Assembly: GCF_009914755.1 (NCBI RefSeq)
Contig: NC_060944.1
Source: the human T2T-CHM13v2.0 reference genome, Homo sapiens
Length of the DNA stretch: 64,000 bases
Strand: one strand, 5' to 3'
A program made the translations under genes and the position numbers. Each line of letters opens with the position of its first letter. The first letter of the stretch is position 1. Positions 26,611 through 40,388 of this stretch are shown here, one piece after another. The notes under the pieces were generated by a model. It did not search any database. It was not told the origin of the DNA and worked only from the letters and a program-made list of their open reading frames with translations.

Positions 26611-27439
26611 TTATGCTATAAGCACTTGTTGAAAAAAATAAAAGATCTTAGAATTTTCAAAAATGCATCAAGGTGAGTCTTCTGAAAAAACATCAGAGCT
26701 CTTTGTTGGATGTTTTATACCTTACAGTTTATTAGAGGGATTTAATTTGAATTATAAATCAGGTAGGGACACCATCGTCTTCTCTGTCCTTAGAGCCTCT
26801 GAAAACCCTAATGTAATGTTGATGGGGAAGACGGGGAAAGGAAGAGTCCTTGATAGAGAGCATGGCGGGGAGTGGCGACAGGGTGTGGGAAGACACAGGT
26901 GGGAAGACTTCTCCTGAGAGAGAAGCAGCTCTTGCTTTCACCCCTCCTTCCCTCCTGCTCCTCACTACATCCCCAGGATTAGCTCAGCATGGCTGAAAGG
27001 AGGTATCCAGGGTCCATTCCTTGCAGGCACACCTCACCGACACAATGAGCTTTTACCCAGGAGACCTGGTGCTGATGGTCACCTGCCCACCAGAGCACGG
27101 CTCTTGAACTCAGCTACTTCCGTTTATCTTGAGTGCTCCTTGCTACTGGATTCTGTTTGCATATAATTCCACTTATTACTTTGCTAACAAACCTAGCTAT
27201 CATCTGGGTATAATTTCAAGAGTAGGAAAACCCTTGACTGGAGAAGGTCGTGTAGTGCCAGCTCTGTTTCCACCACTTATCTGTGCCATGAATCCATTCT
27301 GTCAGGCATGTTGATGCCTCCCATCTTATTTGGGCACTGAGGATGAAGTGACGTGCAAGGCAGATCCAGTCTCTGCTCTCCTGTGGGCAAATAAGCCAAG
27401 TGCAACCGTCAAGCAAAGAAATCGAACCCTTGAGATTTT

Positions 27440-27640
27440 TGGTAAGAGTCATGAGCTTGCAATCAGGCCCAGAGATGGAGAGCTATGATATTTGGGTGTG
27501 TTTCTTGGCATCACCTAGACTCGGTTTTCTCACCCTAAGATGGGTGTACCTTTGCCTACGTGATAGTGTTGTCATGAAAAGAAACATTTCATACAATATT
27601 TGGTGCACGGTCTAGCAGGGAGTAAATGCTCAGTAAGAGT
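27440..27640 (+). mobile_element. MIR SINE (degenerate)
   Basis: ctcggttttctcaccctaagatggg ... gtaaatgctcagtaa. Confidence 0.6.
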
Positions 27641-27889
27641 ATGATTCTCTCTCCAAGAGAAGGACTTCCTTTTTTTAATTTTATTTTTATTTTTTATTTT
27701 TTTACTGTATAAAGCATAAAGAACCCTGCAATTGCGATGCTTAATCATTTATACTCTAGGGCTAAGGAAGGGAAGGATTTGTCCCTCTGTTTTTTTTATT
27801 ACTATTTTTCCTATGGCCTTTCTGCTTTGCTAAACAGTTAGATTTCAGGGGATTATTTGCATGTCAGAGAGGGACTTTCAAGAGTGAAC

Positions 27890-28395
27890 ATTCTATTGCT
27901 GTGTAAAAAAAATCACTGTAGGACTTGGTTATTTTAAAGAACCTACATTTAGTATCTGTCAATTACTGTGGGTCAAAAATTTGGGAGTGGCTCAGCTGGT
28001 GATTCAGGCTCAGGGCCTCTTGGGAGACTGCAGGCAGGATGTCAGCTGGGGCTGTAGCCCTCTGGAGGCTCGATGCCACCATGAGTCCCTCCCATGGCTG
28101 TAGGCTTGGGGCCTCAGCTCCTCAGCATGGTAAACTTCTCCATAGAGCTGCTTGAGTGTCTTTACAATATGGTGGCTGGCAACTTGCCCAAGAGAGAACA
28201 GGGAGGGGAGAGGGAGAGATACAAGAGATGGAGTAGCCACAATGCCCCTTATGTTCTAATCTTGGACATCACACGTGTCACTTTTACTGCATTCTATTTG
28301 TTAGAAGCAAAGCACTAAGTATATCTCATACTTGAGGTGGGAGGAATTAGCCTCCAACTTTTAAAGTGAGAATTATCCAAGAACTTGTGGACATC
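27890..28395 (-). mobile_element. MLT1 (H-like) MaLR LTR
   Basis: tctattgctgtgtaa ... ctgtgggtcaaaaatttgggagtggctcagctgg ... caggatgtcagctggggctgtag. Confidence 0.85.
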
Positions 28396-28949
28396 ATAAA
28401 GAGAACAAAAGATCCAGACATGGAGGGCCTTCCTAGTATATTTGTGTCTTGGTCTTCTGTCTTCTCTAGACTCTGAGCTCTCATGTAAATAAAAAAATAA
28501 ACCTTCTCATCTTTTCAGTTGTGAATTATGAAAATTAATCCTCCCCATCCTCTTCAGTCTGCCTGGTGGAGCTGAACTGTGAACTTTCCCTTTACTGACC
28601 ATTTACACTGTGAGACCATTCCATCCATCAGTCAGTGTGGATGCACACTCCTCACCTACGTGGAGCTTAGTCGCTGAAATTTAGACAGCTGTGTCCAGGG
28701 ACTTCAGCTCTGACATTAAGGTGTGTGTTTTAGCCTCGCCAGAGGGGAGCAAGAGGATTTCTCCATCAAACAAAGAGGTCAGCTCTGCAAAGCATCTATA
28801 AAACCAAAGTCAAGCTTGCTATTTTGCTGGTCTGTTTAGCCAAGGCCTGTATGTTCTCTCAGTTCCCACCAGAAAACACTGTTTCTGGGAAATTTCACCA
28901 TGGATTCTGTTGACTGCTGCAGTTTTGCTGCCTTGGTAATGTCCTGAAG

Positions 28950-29095
28950 GAATACATTCTTCACCAGAGATCCACAAAAAGAGTTTAGATGCTTTCTGAA
29001 ATTTTATGCAAGGTCGGTGGCCATAACATGCGGTTTTTGGGGAGAGAGTCTGTATTTTTTTCAGACTCTCCCTCAAGGTATTCAATGACAGTCCC
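28950..29095. mobile_element. hAT-Charlie fragment (MER102-like)
   Basis: ctgaaattttatgcaa ... ttggggagagagtctgtatttttttcagactctc. Confidence 0.45.
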
Positions 29096-29789
29096 TCTGC
29101 CTCCCACTGAAGCACAGATATGTCAACAAAAATATTAAAACCCACAAGCTTTACTCCCTAGAGCAAAGGGTGTGGTTTTCTTCTGATGCTTGTGACTCTG
29201 GTATACCTGGTGAGTGGAAGGACAGATGCTTTGACTGTGTGATGGTGGCTGCATCTGCCCTCCCCTCCCCCTGCAATTACACTGTGAACATCAAGATGCA
29301 AAGGGCTATGCCACCCTCTTCCATCAGTGATCAGGCCTTTCCTTACAAATGGTTGTTGAATTGAGCTTTTGCATGCTTGCTAGAGCTTGGTTAAGGAGTC
29401 GTTTCTGGGTAATAGTTCCTGTTGCTATGTGCAGGTCTTGCCCAGAAGAGAACTGAGTTTCAGCTAAATGGCCGTCAGTTTGTCATGTGCAAAATAAGCA
29501 AGGTAAGTCCACAGGCAGGTCCAAACAGAATTGCAGAAATAAATGCAATGCCACTGAGCCTGCCCTTTTTTGACTCCCTAGAGCCCTTGCCTTCTTCCTC
29601 TCTCCCTCCCTTAGCAAAGCTTTAACCCAGATTCACCACCTGGCCATCACTGTGCTGAAGGCCAGGAAATTGAGATGAATGGGATGCACTTGCTACCTTG
29701 GAGCTCCATGTCTAGAAAGGCTGGCGTTTAATAATCAAACACACTCAGAACCCACTGACATCACGGATCAGGAACAAGACCCCTCCCAA

Positions 29790-30672
29790 CCCACCCCTAC
29801 AGTCTGTTCTCAACACAGCAGCCTGAGTGGTACTTTACAACATGGATGAGATTCACCAGCTTCCTCCTCTGCTCCAAAATCCTTTGCCACCTGCCCGTTA
29901 CACTCCGAGTAGAATCCCATTCTCACGGCGGCTTGCAGGACCCCATGTGATCTCCTAACCCCCTATATCTCCCCTCCACACTCTTCCCTCCTGCCGCTCT
30001 CACCCCTGCACAGCCTCACTCCTCTCCAGCCACGCGTGCCTTCATCCAATTCTGGAAGCAAACATCATTGCGGGGCTTCTTCTTACCACAGGGCCTTTGC
30101 ACTTGCTGTTGTCTCTTCCTGGAATGCTTTTCTCAGAAGGTCCCGTGGGTGGTTTCTCCTAGTTGTTCTGGTCTTGCTTCAATAGTCGCCTCTCATGGAA
30201 TCTTTCCTTGTTTACTCTTTTCCGAATGGCCCTCTCGCCCTATTACTCTACATCCGTCGACCTTCACCATGTCCTTTTTGCAGGTGTACAAACTTTTTGC
30301 CTTTGCACGTGTCTGTCACTAGAAGGCCATGCAGTGGGGAGGGGCCAGCTCAACTCTGGGATCCTCAGTGCCCACCACACCGTGGCACTGAGCTAGCACC
30401 AGCTAGTATTTGTTGGATAAACAAAGCCCAGGTATTTTTGATTCCAAACCCTGTGTTCTTCCCATTACCCAGCCCGCCCTGCCAGGATCTTACCACACCT
30501 GCTATTCATCCCCATAAGAGAGGAGCCTCACCTTTGTATAGGTCTAATTTCCATATATAATGGCATTGCACTGATAATATCAGCGACCAGAACAGTAGTA
30601 GGTGCTCAGTACACATGTGTAATTTGAATAAATGAATGAGTAAAGGAATGAATTAATTAATGAATGAACAAA
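29790..30672 (+). mobile_element. L2 3' region fragments
   Basis: caacacagcagcctgagtg, cagggcctttgcacttgctgtt, terminal aatgaatg repeats. Confidence 0.8.
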
Positions 30673-31429
30673 TGGAGTTTAACCAGAGGTGGTAACTCTG
30701 GCTAGGAGGGTCGGGGGCCTTTCCAAAGGAGGCAGATGTGAGCTTTTTCTGAGGACAACTGGAATCAGCCCAGGGAGGCAGGGCAGGGCATAGGTGGGCA
30801 AGAGTGTCCCCTCCTCCGTGTTCCCTGGCCCCTTCCATGCCCCGGTCTCCTGCTTCCTCTCCACTCTGCGCTTGAATAGGTTCAGGTGTCCCCTAGCTTG
30901 AAAAACACCCAATTCACCTGCCCCAGCTGTGCCTTTTAGCTAGCGTCTCCTTTCTTTTCCTTTCATGCCAACCTTCTCAAATAAGAGTTCCCTATTTCTT
31001 TCCCCCTTTCTTCTCCACCTGCTCCCTCCTGAAACTTTTATAGCATTTCTCATGCGGAGCTATTATTCTTCTTTGGAAATGGAACTCTATTGAGTAAAGA
31101 GGCGCAAGACAGCTTGGGATCAAGAAGTTCTGTGAAAAAAGGAGAGTGATTTTTGAAGACAGTACACCAGTGGTGGAGGATGAGACGGAGGGGAAGAATG
31201 CCACGCCCCTTCAGGAAGGTGGAAATGGGCCCTGTGAGCGCTGGGAGGCAGCCACATCCCCATTCCTGAGAGATCATGCCATTCTTAGTGTGCTGTGATC
31301 ATGGGCACCTCAGTGTTAGGACCTGTGAGAAAAATAAAATAAATTGTGTATATATTAGTGTATCTATGGATGCATACACACATATATGCATGTATAAACA
31401 TGCAAACAAAACATAAATGTGTGCATCAA

Positions 31430-31800
31430 ACTAGTGGCTCAGTGTTGTAGATTTTGGCTACTATTGCTTCATTTAGAGCTGTGTGCACAATTAGACCCAG
31501 AAATTCTGCTTCTAGTTATTTATCTTAAGGAGATGCTCACATATGTATGCAAAGATGCATATTTCACAATATTCATTGCAACGTGGTCTGTAATAGCCTT
31601 CTGAATGTCCACAGATAGGAGACAGGGTAAATAAATTCAGGTAGAATGAGGTGACTGCATATAAATAAACAAGCACCATGAATCAAGATAAATCTACACT
31701 TGCCGATGTGGGAAGATCACCAAGACTCGTTGCTTTGTGAAAAATGTAAGGGGCTTTGTATTTTGAAAAAGATGCTAGGGGTATGCGTATATGTATATGT
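31430..31800 (+). mobile_element. Old L1 (L1ME-like) 3' fragment
   Basis: gacccagaaattctgcttctagttatttatcttaagg ... atattcattgcaacgtgg. Confidence 0.65.
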
Positions 31801-32966
31801 GTAAGTGCACGTCCTTTTGTTATTTAAATTCTCACTGTGTTTCATTTTCATGATAATGTAAGAATGTCCGGTTTCATTCAATAATTTAAAATTGCTTCTT
31901 TAATGGCAAAGATAGTGGAGATGGCTGTGTCTAAGGCTCAGACTCTCAGGGGTTTAAACTGACGCATCTGATGTTGGTATGTTTTGCAAGCAGGAGGTGC
32001 ACAGGCTTTGGAAGTGAAGTGAAATGAACTCTTTCCTGTCTGGGGCAGCGGATCTCCTTTGAGACCCCTTCATGACGCATCCCAGCCTTTGAGTCTGACA
32101 GTCATTTGGCACCCCCATGCAAGTGATTCTTTCAGACCAGGTGACAACATGCCCCATTGTCTCCCAATGCTTCTATCTGCTGGGTATTTAGTCAATATGT
32201 GTTTTTCAGCACTTACCAGTAACGAAGCACTGGGCTAGGAATATCAGGTGAGCAAAATTAGATGTGGCTCTGCCCTCCTGGAGACCACAGTCCAGAGGGA
32301 AAGACGGAATTTCATCAAAGGACCTCGCAAATCAAATGTCAATTGACAAGTGTGGGAATTGCTGCAAACAGGAAGGCCCAGGGCACTATGGAGATGTGTC
32401 ATGGGGCTGCCTGCATGGTTGTGCAGTCCATTCATTGACTAGGGGCTCCCCGTGTTTGTGGGGTGCAGTGAGAGGGACCTGCAATCTAGTCCACACTTCA
32501 CTGACCAAACTGCACTCGAGTGGAGAACTGTGTCTGCCTGGCAGGGGGCACTCCCTTCCCCTCCCTAGGCTGCAATCCCTCAGCACTGTGCTGGCCCAGG
32601 GCAATGCCCTAATTCTCCACACAGACAGGGAGCCACAGATTAATTCTCGAAGGATTGCCTGTAGTTTGGATGTGTCCTTGGCTATGGCCTTACAGGGATA
32701 TCAGAGAGGGCTTCCTGGAGGAAGCAACACATGAATTCTGAGGGGTGTCAATTAGGCATGGAGAGGAGGGAAGAGTTCTCAAGCCCCAAAACAGCAAAGG
32801 CCCAGGGTGGAGAAAGTGTGGTAAGTGTGGGATGGCGGTGATGGAAGAGATGCCAGGATGATGCAGGGAGCATCTTTGCATAGTCCCTTTTGCACACAGG
32901 TGTGAACATTCTGTATGATAAATAAGAGTTTGACTTGCTGGGTCGGAGCTTGAACATTGAACATTT

Positions 32967-33399
32967 TGTCAATCTAACTAACAGAGAGAGGCTCTCTAAA
33001 AGACAATGGTATTTATTCGAGAATAGGGTACTGCAACAGAAATATGCTCACCTTAGTAAACTATGTGTGTATTCAGGGAGGTCAAAGAAAACAAAGGCTT
33101 TTTAAAGGAAAGATGAAAAGGATTACACAATTGTTTTCAGATACTTATCCTTGGCTGCAAGGATAAAGAACAAGGATGATGCCAGTCGGAGGTTGGACAG
33201 GAAGTTGCTGGGCAGGTGTCTTTGCAGAAATATCTTTTTGTGTGTAAAGTTACAAGGGCCTCTGGGCAAGATGGCAGGTTTTGCAGTCTTTTGTGATAGT
33301 TCCTGCACAAGAACCCTTTTGTTTATGGCCTTCCATGGCTCTATTTTTCAGATTTTTAAAAACACTAGTGACTCTATTTTGATTCTGAGTACTTTCACA
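32967..33399 (-). mobile_element. MER65-like ERV1 solo LTR
   Basis: tgtcaatctaactaacagagagaggctctctaaaaga ... ctctattttgattctgagtactttcaca; TG...CA ends. Confidence 0.85.
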
Positions 33400-33625
33400 C
33401 TTTCAATGAGCCACAAACAAGAGGGGCCTCACTGGCCCACAAAGGAAGACTACTCGTCCTCCCCTCTTCTGGCCAGAGCCAAGCTAACCTCACTGCTTGC
33501 ATGGAAAGGCCACCTTTGTGTCCTTACTGGACTTCCAGCCAACTCCTTTCTTCCTTAAGGACCTTCTGAGTATGGCTTGCGGGTATCACTGAAAAGAAAG
33601 AAGTCTCTTCTTTACCCTCAGTTAG

Positions 33626-33960
33626 TCCTCACCCAAATCTCACCTTGAATTATAATCCCCGTAATCCCCACGTGTTAAGGGAGAGACCAGGTGGAGGTAA
33701 TTGAAACACGGCGGCAGTTTCCCCAATGCTGTTCTCGTGACAGTAAGTTCTCACGAGATCTGATGGTTTTATAAGGGTATCTTCCCTCCATGCTCTGTCT
33801 CTTGATGCCTTGTGAAGAAGGTGTCTTGCTTCCCCTTCGCCTTCCACCGTGAGGCTTCCCCAGCCATGTGAACTGTGAGTCAATTAAACCTCTTTCTTTT
33901 CCTTTAGAAATTACTCAGTTTGGAGCAGTTCTTTATAGCAGTGTGAGAATAGACTTATAT
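33626..33960 (+). mobile_element. THE1/MST MaLR solo LTR (THE1D-like)
   Basis: cacccaaatctcaccttgaatt ... gaactgtgagtcaattaaacctctttc ... ctttatagcagtgtgagaatagact. Confidence 0.9.
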
Positions 33961-34490
33961 GGTGAGGTAGCCACAGATGCCAACAACAACTGGCTGCAGA
34001 TGTCAGCCTGGTCTTGCCTCGGGCTGGATGTATGTGGCCATGTGAGGTGGACTGGAGGTGGGTGTTCTCATTTCACAAGTGGAAGAAAATGCGTAGTGAC
34101 AATGCTACAAGGACTTTAGAGCTATCAAGCCAGCGACTCTCTAAGGGACCTAGAGCCTGCAAAAATGCTTCCAAGGAACATGGGAAGGGGAAGGAAAAGA
34201 TGGAACCAGGGCTTGCCATTTCTGCTTAATCAGAGTTCTCTCAGTTTATTTTTTCTCTATAATGGGGTCCCCTGGGCTGTCATGTTTTTAAGTCTCACAG
34301 TATATACAACTGTGTAATGGGTTGAAAATTGCTGAAGAGATCAAACGCTATGATTTTATATAGGTAAGAAAACTGAGGGACAGAAAACTCTCAGCTATAC
34401 AGGAAATGGCGGCAGATCCTTAGACTGGGATCTGGAGCTTTTTGTTCCCAACCCTTGCCCTGCCTCCTCTAGGCTGGGAGTTTTTTTATA

Positions 34491-34669
34491 CAGCTGGGTT
34501 GTGAGCCCTGGCTACAGATTAGAATCACCTGAGAAAACATTTTAAAATTACCACACCTGAGCCCACCCCATCCATGCTATCAGAATCTTTAGCGGTGAGA
34601 CCCAGGCAGCTGTATTTTTGAAAGCTTCCCAGGTGATCTGAATGTGCAGAAAGTTCTGAGAAGACTGCT
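34491..34669. mobile_element. MER5A MITE
   Basis: ccctggctacagattagaatcacctg ... aagcttcccaggtgatctgaatgtgcag. Confidence 0.85.
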
Positions 34670-37600
34670 GAGTAGAAACCTTTAATGGGAGTCATCAAAG
34701 TTGCCTTGGATGGAAAAATAAAACTGCAATTGTTGTGCTGGACATAAACTTTTCCATGTTGCTCTTCAATATTGCTATATGTGTAGAAAACAAACCAGAT
34801 TCAGAGGCAACCACACTTTCATGTATGGTGCAACATTGCCCCAAAACTTGAGTCTACAGGGTTTCAAAGGGGCTCATGATCTCAATGTGACCTTATGCCT
34901 ATATAATGACATGCATATAATCAAACACTTAAGATCTGTGCATTTCACTGTATGTACATTTTACTTTGGAAGAAAGTAATCAGGTACTGTTTTTACCTCC
35001 CCAGAGTGATCTGGTGCTAATGTCATTCTCTCCAAGTGGATTCTAGGGCACTTGAACCTGTTTCTGAAGTTTGGTGTTGACCCCGTGGTCATAAATCCAG
35101 GGATTGCTGGCTGTGAACTGACTCTCCCCTGACATCTTCCTTTGGGCTGCTGGCCAATTGAAAGCAGCTCCAGGGGGAACTTGTGTGAAGGATATGTGTG
35201 CAGAGGGATGCATTCAGATGCCTGTGATGTTGCAGAGGAGTATGTTTCATATCCTAATTACATGAAGCTTGTTAAGCTGAAAGTGTTCAGATGTGCCTGG
35301 TTATGTCGGTTAAGTGTCATCGGGGCATCACACAGAGCGGGGATACAGAATGTGGAATCTCAGGATGTGGAGAGTCCCTTTGGGGCATTTCCTCCTGTCT
35401 GCAAGGGGCTGGGTGTCTTGGTCTTCCAATGTCCTGTTTATATCTACTGAGTACAACTCCTTAGCAAGATGCCTGAAGCTAAGGAGCCCTTTGTTGTAGC
35501 TAAGGCGCTTGTGTACTTGGTGCTTTGCAAGAAATGCAATCATCGAGAAGAGACAAGGTCTTTCTACCCCCTCTCTCCCGTGGAAGCCTATTTATCTCCG
35601 CGATAGACAGTTTGCTCTTCATTCACTTGTCTAATCTATCTCCCAGCAAACTAATCTTCTCACTGAAAAATGTTGAGCTGTTACAATTTCAAAACTCTGA
35701 ATGTCTCACATATTTGCTGAAATTTTCCAGTATCCCAGGGGCCTGGAGAAGTCTCTAAGCCTTTGTTTTGTATCCTAGGCCTTGATACTATTAATAATAG
35801 GAAGAGCTGCATTGTATTCATAGAGCTGATACAATGCACCAGGCTTTATGTTGGGTGTGTTGCCTTCACTATATGCTATTTTTATAAAACTGAAGTAAGA
35901 TTTACATACAGTGAAATGTATCTTAAATGTGTAATTACATGAGCTTTGACAAATGTATAACAACCAAATTAAGATATGGAACTCATTACCCTAGATAAAC
36001 AATAGCAAGACCATTCAGATTTTGTTTCTCCTTTTTTCCCAGTTCCTTTCAAATAAGTTTTATATTTTTAATCAACAAATAACAATTGTGTATATTTTGG
36101 GGATGATTCAATGCATGTACATATTGTGGAAATATCAAATCAGGCTAATTAGTGTATCCATCACTTCAAATATTTAACATCTTTGTGGTAAGATTTTCTC
36201 TTTTCTCACATCAGTTTTGGTAAGTTGTGTTTTCCATTTCATCTAAGTTGTCGAGTTAATTGGCATAGCTGTTTATAATAGTTTCTTAATATCTTTTTAA
36301 TGTTTGCGGGATCTGTCAGGACATATATTCTTTTTGGTAATTTATCTTTTCTCTCTTTAACTTGTTTAGTATTATAAAGGGTCCAAACATTTTATTACTC
36401 TTTCCAAAGACATAACTTTTGGATTTAATTTTTATCCTACTTTTGTCTGTTTCCTATTTCACTAATTACTTCTCTTATAATTTCTGTAAGGTAATAAAAT
36501 TAATTTCCTTGGTCACTTCCTGTTCCTCCCACCTCCCAGTACCTGACAACCACTGATCTACTTTATATTTCTATGAATTTGATTATTCTGGACATTTTAT
36601 TTTATAGTCACAGAATATGTGCCTTTTCTTTCCCTCAACATGTTTTCAGAGTTCATTGACATTGTAGCATATACTAGTACTTCCTTTCTTTTTATTGCCA
36701 AATTATATTCCATTTTATGAATAGACCACACTTTATCTTTCCAGTCATCGATTGATGGACATTTGGGTGGTTTGTACTAGGAATACTACGTATAGGTTTT
36801 AACAGTAGAATTGCTGAGTCGTAAGAACCTATCTTGAGAAAATGTCAATAGGTTTTCCAAAGCAGCTGCCTCATTTTATAATCACAGCAGCCAAGTAAAT
36901 AGTTTCAACTTCTCCACATCCGTGCCAACACTTGTTACATTCTTTTTTATTTTAGCCATCTTAGTGTGAAGTGGTATCTCACTCAAAATAATGTATTTCC
37001 TTTGTGATTTCTGCCCCAACCTATGGCTTACATAGAAGTGCATTCTTTAATTTCCAAATCTTCAGGGTTTTTCTAGGGTTATTTTGATATTAGTTAACAT
37101 TACTTTCTAATTTAGTTCCATTGTGATCAGAGAACATTGTAAGATCTAATTCTTTTGAAACTTACATATTTTGAAAAATTTTATATCAGTGGAATAATTT
37201 AGTATGTAGTGTTTTGAAACTGGCTTCTTTCACTTAGCATAATGCATTTTAAATTCTTCCATGTTTTGTATATATCAGTAGTTCCTTTGTATTGCTGAAT
37301 AGTTTTCCATCATGTAAATATACTGGAATTCGTTTCTCCATTTGGGTTACTTTTAGTTTTTGACGATTAATCATTTGTGTACAAAACTTTGTGGAGTGAA
37401 ATAGCTGTGTCATTCATTGAGTATATGTTTGACTTTATAGAATTTCCAAGGAATTTTCCAAACATTTCCAAGGAACTTTTAAAAGTGGCTGAAACATTTT
37501 CTATCTCACTGACAATGTATAAGAGTTTTATTTGTTCCAATCCCATCCAAAACTTGATATTCTCAATGTTTGTTTTATTTTAAGCTATGTGTCAGTTGCA

Positions 37601-38273
37601 CAAAGGTGTCAATTGTTTTAATTTGTATTTCCCTGATGACTAATTATATTTAACACTCTTTAATGTGCTCCTTGGGTAACATGTATCTTTGGTGAAGTGC
37701 CTGATTGTGTCTTTTCTTTTTTAATATCTTCTTAGTATTGAGTTTTAAGGATTGTTTATATATTCTGGATACAAGCCTTGTGTTAGATGTATGTTTTGGA
37801 AATATTTATCTCAATCTGTGGCTTGCCTTTTTATTTTCCTAATAATAATGTCTTAAAAACAAATGTTCTTAACTTTGAAGTCCAATATATCTATATTTTT
37901 TCTTTTTAAATTTAAACTTTATATTTTCAGATAAACGTAGGTCCATATGCAGTTGTAGGGAATAACACAGAAGGACTCCATGTACCCATTACTGTTTCCT
38001 TCATTGGTAACATTTTGCAAAATTTCAGTATTACCACCAGTATATGATATTGATAAAACCAAATACAGAATGTTTCCATCACCACAGGAGTCCTCATGTT
38101 GTCCTTTATAGCCACACCTACTTTCCTCCTGCTCCTATCACCCCCTTAAACCTTGGAAGCCACAAATTGTTTTATTTCTATAATTTTATTTCAAGAATAT
38201 TATATAAATTGAATCATACAGTATGTCACCTTCAAAGACTGGCTTTTTTCACTCAGCATAAATCCCGTGAGGT

Positions 38274-38425
38274 TAATCCAAATTATTGCAAGTATCATTC
38301 GTTCATTCCTTTTTTTATTTCGAGTAGTATCCCCACAGCATGAATGTGCTAATCCAAATTATTGCAAGTATCATTCGTTCATTCCTTTTTTTATTTCGAG
38401 TAGTATCCCCACAGCAGGAATGTGC
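38274..38425. repeat. 76-bp tandem duplication (2 copies, 1 mismatch)
   Basis: taatccaaattattgcaag...ccccacagca[t/g]gaatgtgc at 38274-38349 and 38350-38425. Confidence 0.97.
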
Positions 38426-40030
38426 ACAGTTAGCTCCACCATTCACCCACTCAAGGACATTTTGGTAGTTTTCAGCTTTTGGCTGTCAGGCTGTGAGATT
38501 CATGTACAAGTTTCTGCATAAACATAAGTTTCATTCTCTAGTATAATCGCCCAAGAGTATGATTGCTGGGTCTTTGGTAATTCCGTTATTAGTTTTAAAA
38601 GAAACTTTCAAACTATTCAGAATAACTATAGCATTTTACATTTCATGAGCAATCTGGGAGCAATTTAGTTTCTCTGCAGCTTCACAGAATTTGGCGTAAT
38701 CATTATTTTTAAAGATTTCTGCCCTGTTGAGAGGTGTGCAGTGAATTCTGGGTGTGGTTTTAATTTCCATATCCTAATGGCTAATGATGTTGAACATCTT
38801 TCCAGATGCTTATTTGACATCCATGTCTCCTCTTCAGTGAAATGTCTGTTCATGCCTTTTGCCCAATTTTTAATTGGATTTTTTTAATGTTGAGTTTTAC
38901 AGATCCTTTATACATTTAAAAAATGAGGCTTTTTTTGAAAATATAATTTGCAAAAATGTTTCCTGTTCTCTAATTTGTCTTTTTATTTTCTTGACAGGCT
39001 CTTTTGCATAGCAAAATGATTCATTTCAATGACATTCAGCAAGTGCTTTTAGTGTAAAGTGGAAAAACTCTTTGCCTAAGCCTAGATCCCCAAGATTTTC
39101 ACCTATGTATATATATTTTTTAATTTATAGTTTTTTGTTTCACATTTATGTCCATTCATTTCGGGTTTTTAAAAAATTGTTTAGGTTGAGGTTCAGATTT
39201 TTTATTATGGGTGTCCAATTTTTCCACCACCATTTTTTTGAAAATACTACAATGCCTTCATTGAACAGCTTTCACACCTTTGCCAAAAATAAATTGGGCA
39301 TAATTGTGTTGGTCTGTTTCTGGATTCCCAGTTCTAGTGATGTGTTTGTCTTGCTCCTACACCAGTGTTACACTGTATTTATCACTGTAGCTATACAGGA
39401 AGACTTACCGTAGGGTAGGGTGGTACCTCCCCCTTGACTCTTCTTTTTCAATTTTGTTTTAGCTGTTCTAGAGCCTTTATCTTTCTATGTGAAGTTTCTA
39501 ATAAGCTTGTCTATTATGACCACCACCTTGCTGGAATTCTGACAGGAATTATATATTAAGCCTGCATACCAATGTGGAAAGAATTCATACCTTTACGACA
39601 CTGACTTTTCCAACCCATGAACACAGATGTCTAATTATTTAGTTCTTTGATGTCTTCTATTATATTTTGTAATTTTCATCATCTAGATCATGGGTGTGTT
39701 TTGCTAGAATTATACCTAAGTATTTTACTTGAAGCATTTGTAAATGGTATTGTGTTTTTTATTTAGGAAACTTGGTTGTCCTTAGTATGCATATAGAAAT
39801 GAAATTGATTTTTGTTGTTTTTGTATCCTGATATCCTGCTGAACTTAGGCACTAGTTCTAGGGGATTTTTGTAGATTCCTTGGAATTTTCTACATGATAT
39901 AACAATAGTAAGAGCACACATACTTGCCTTTTTCCTAATCTTAAGAGGGACATATTCATTTTTTCACCATTAGATACGATGTTAGCTATAAGATTTCAAG
40001 TATCCCTTGTATCAATTAGAAAATCGTTTC

Positions 40031-40388
<358 letters not shown>

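Noticed and set aside
32264-33558. 156-aa and 135-aa ORFs as genes
   Set aside because: They overlap L2-like and MER65 LTR sequence; no recognisable domain or exon structure
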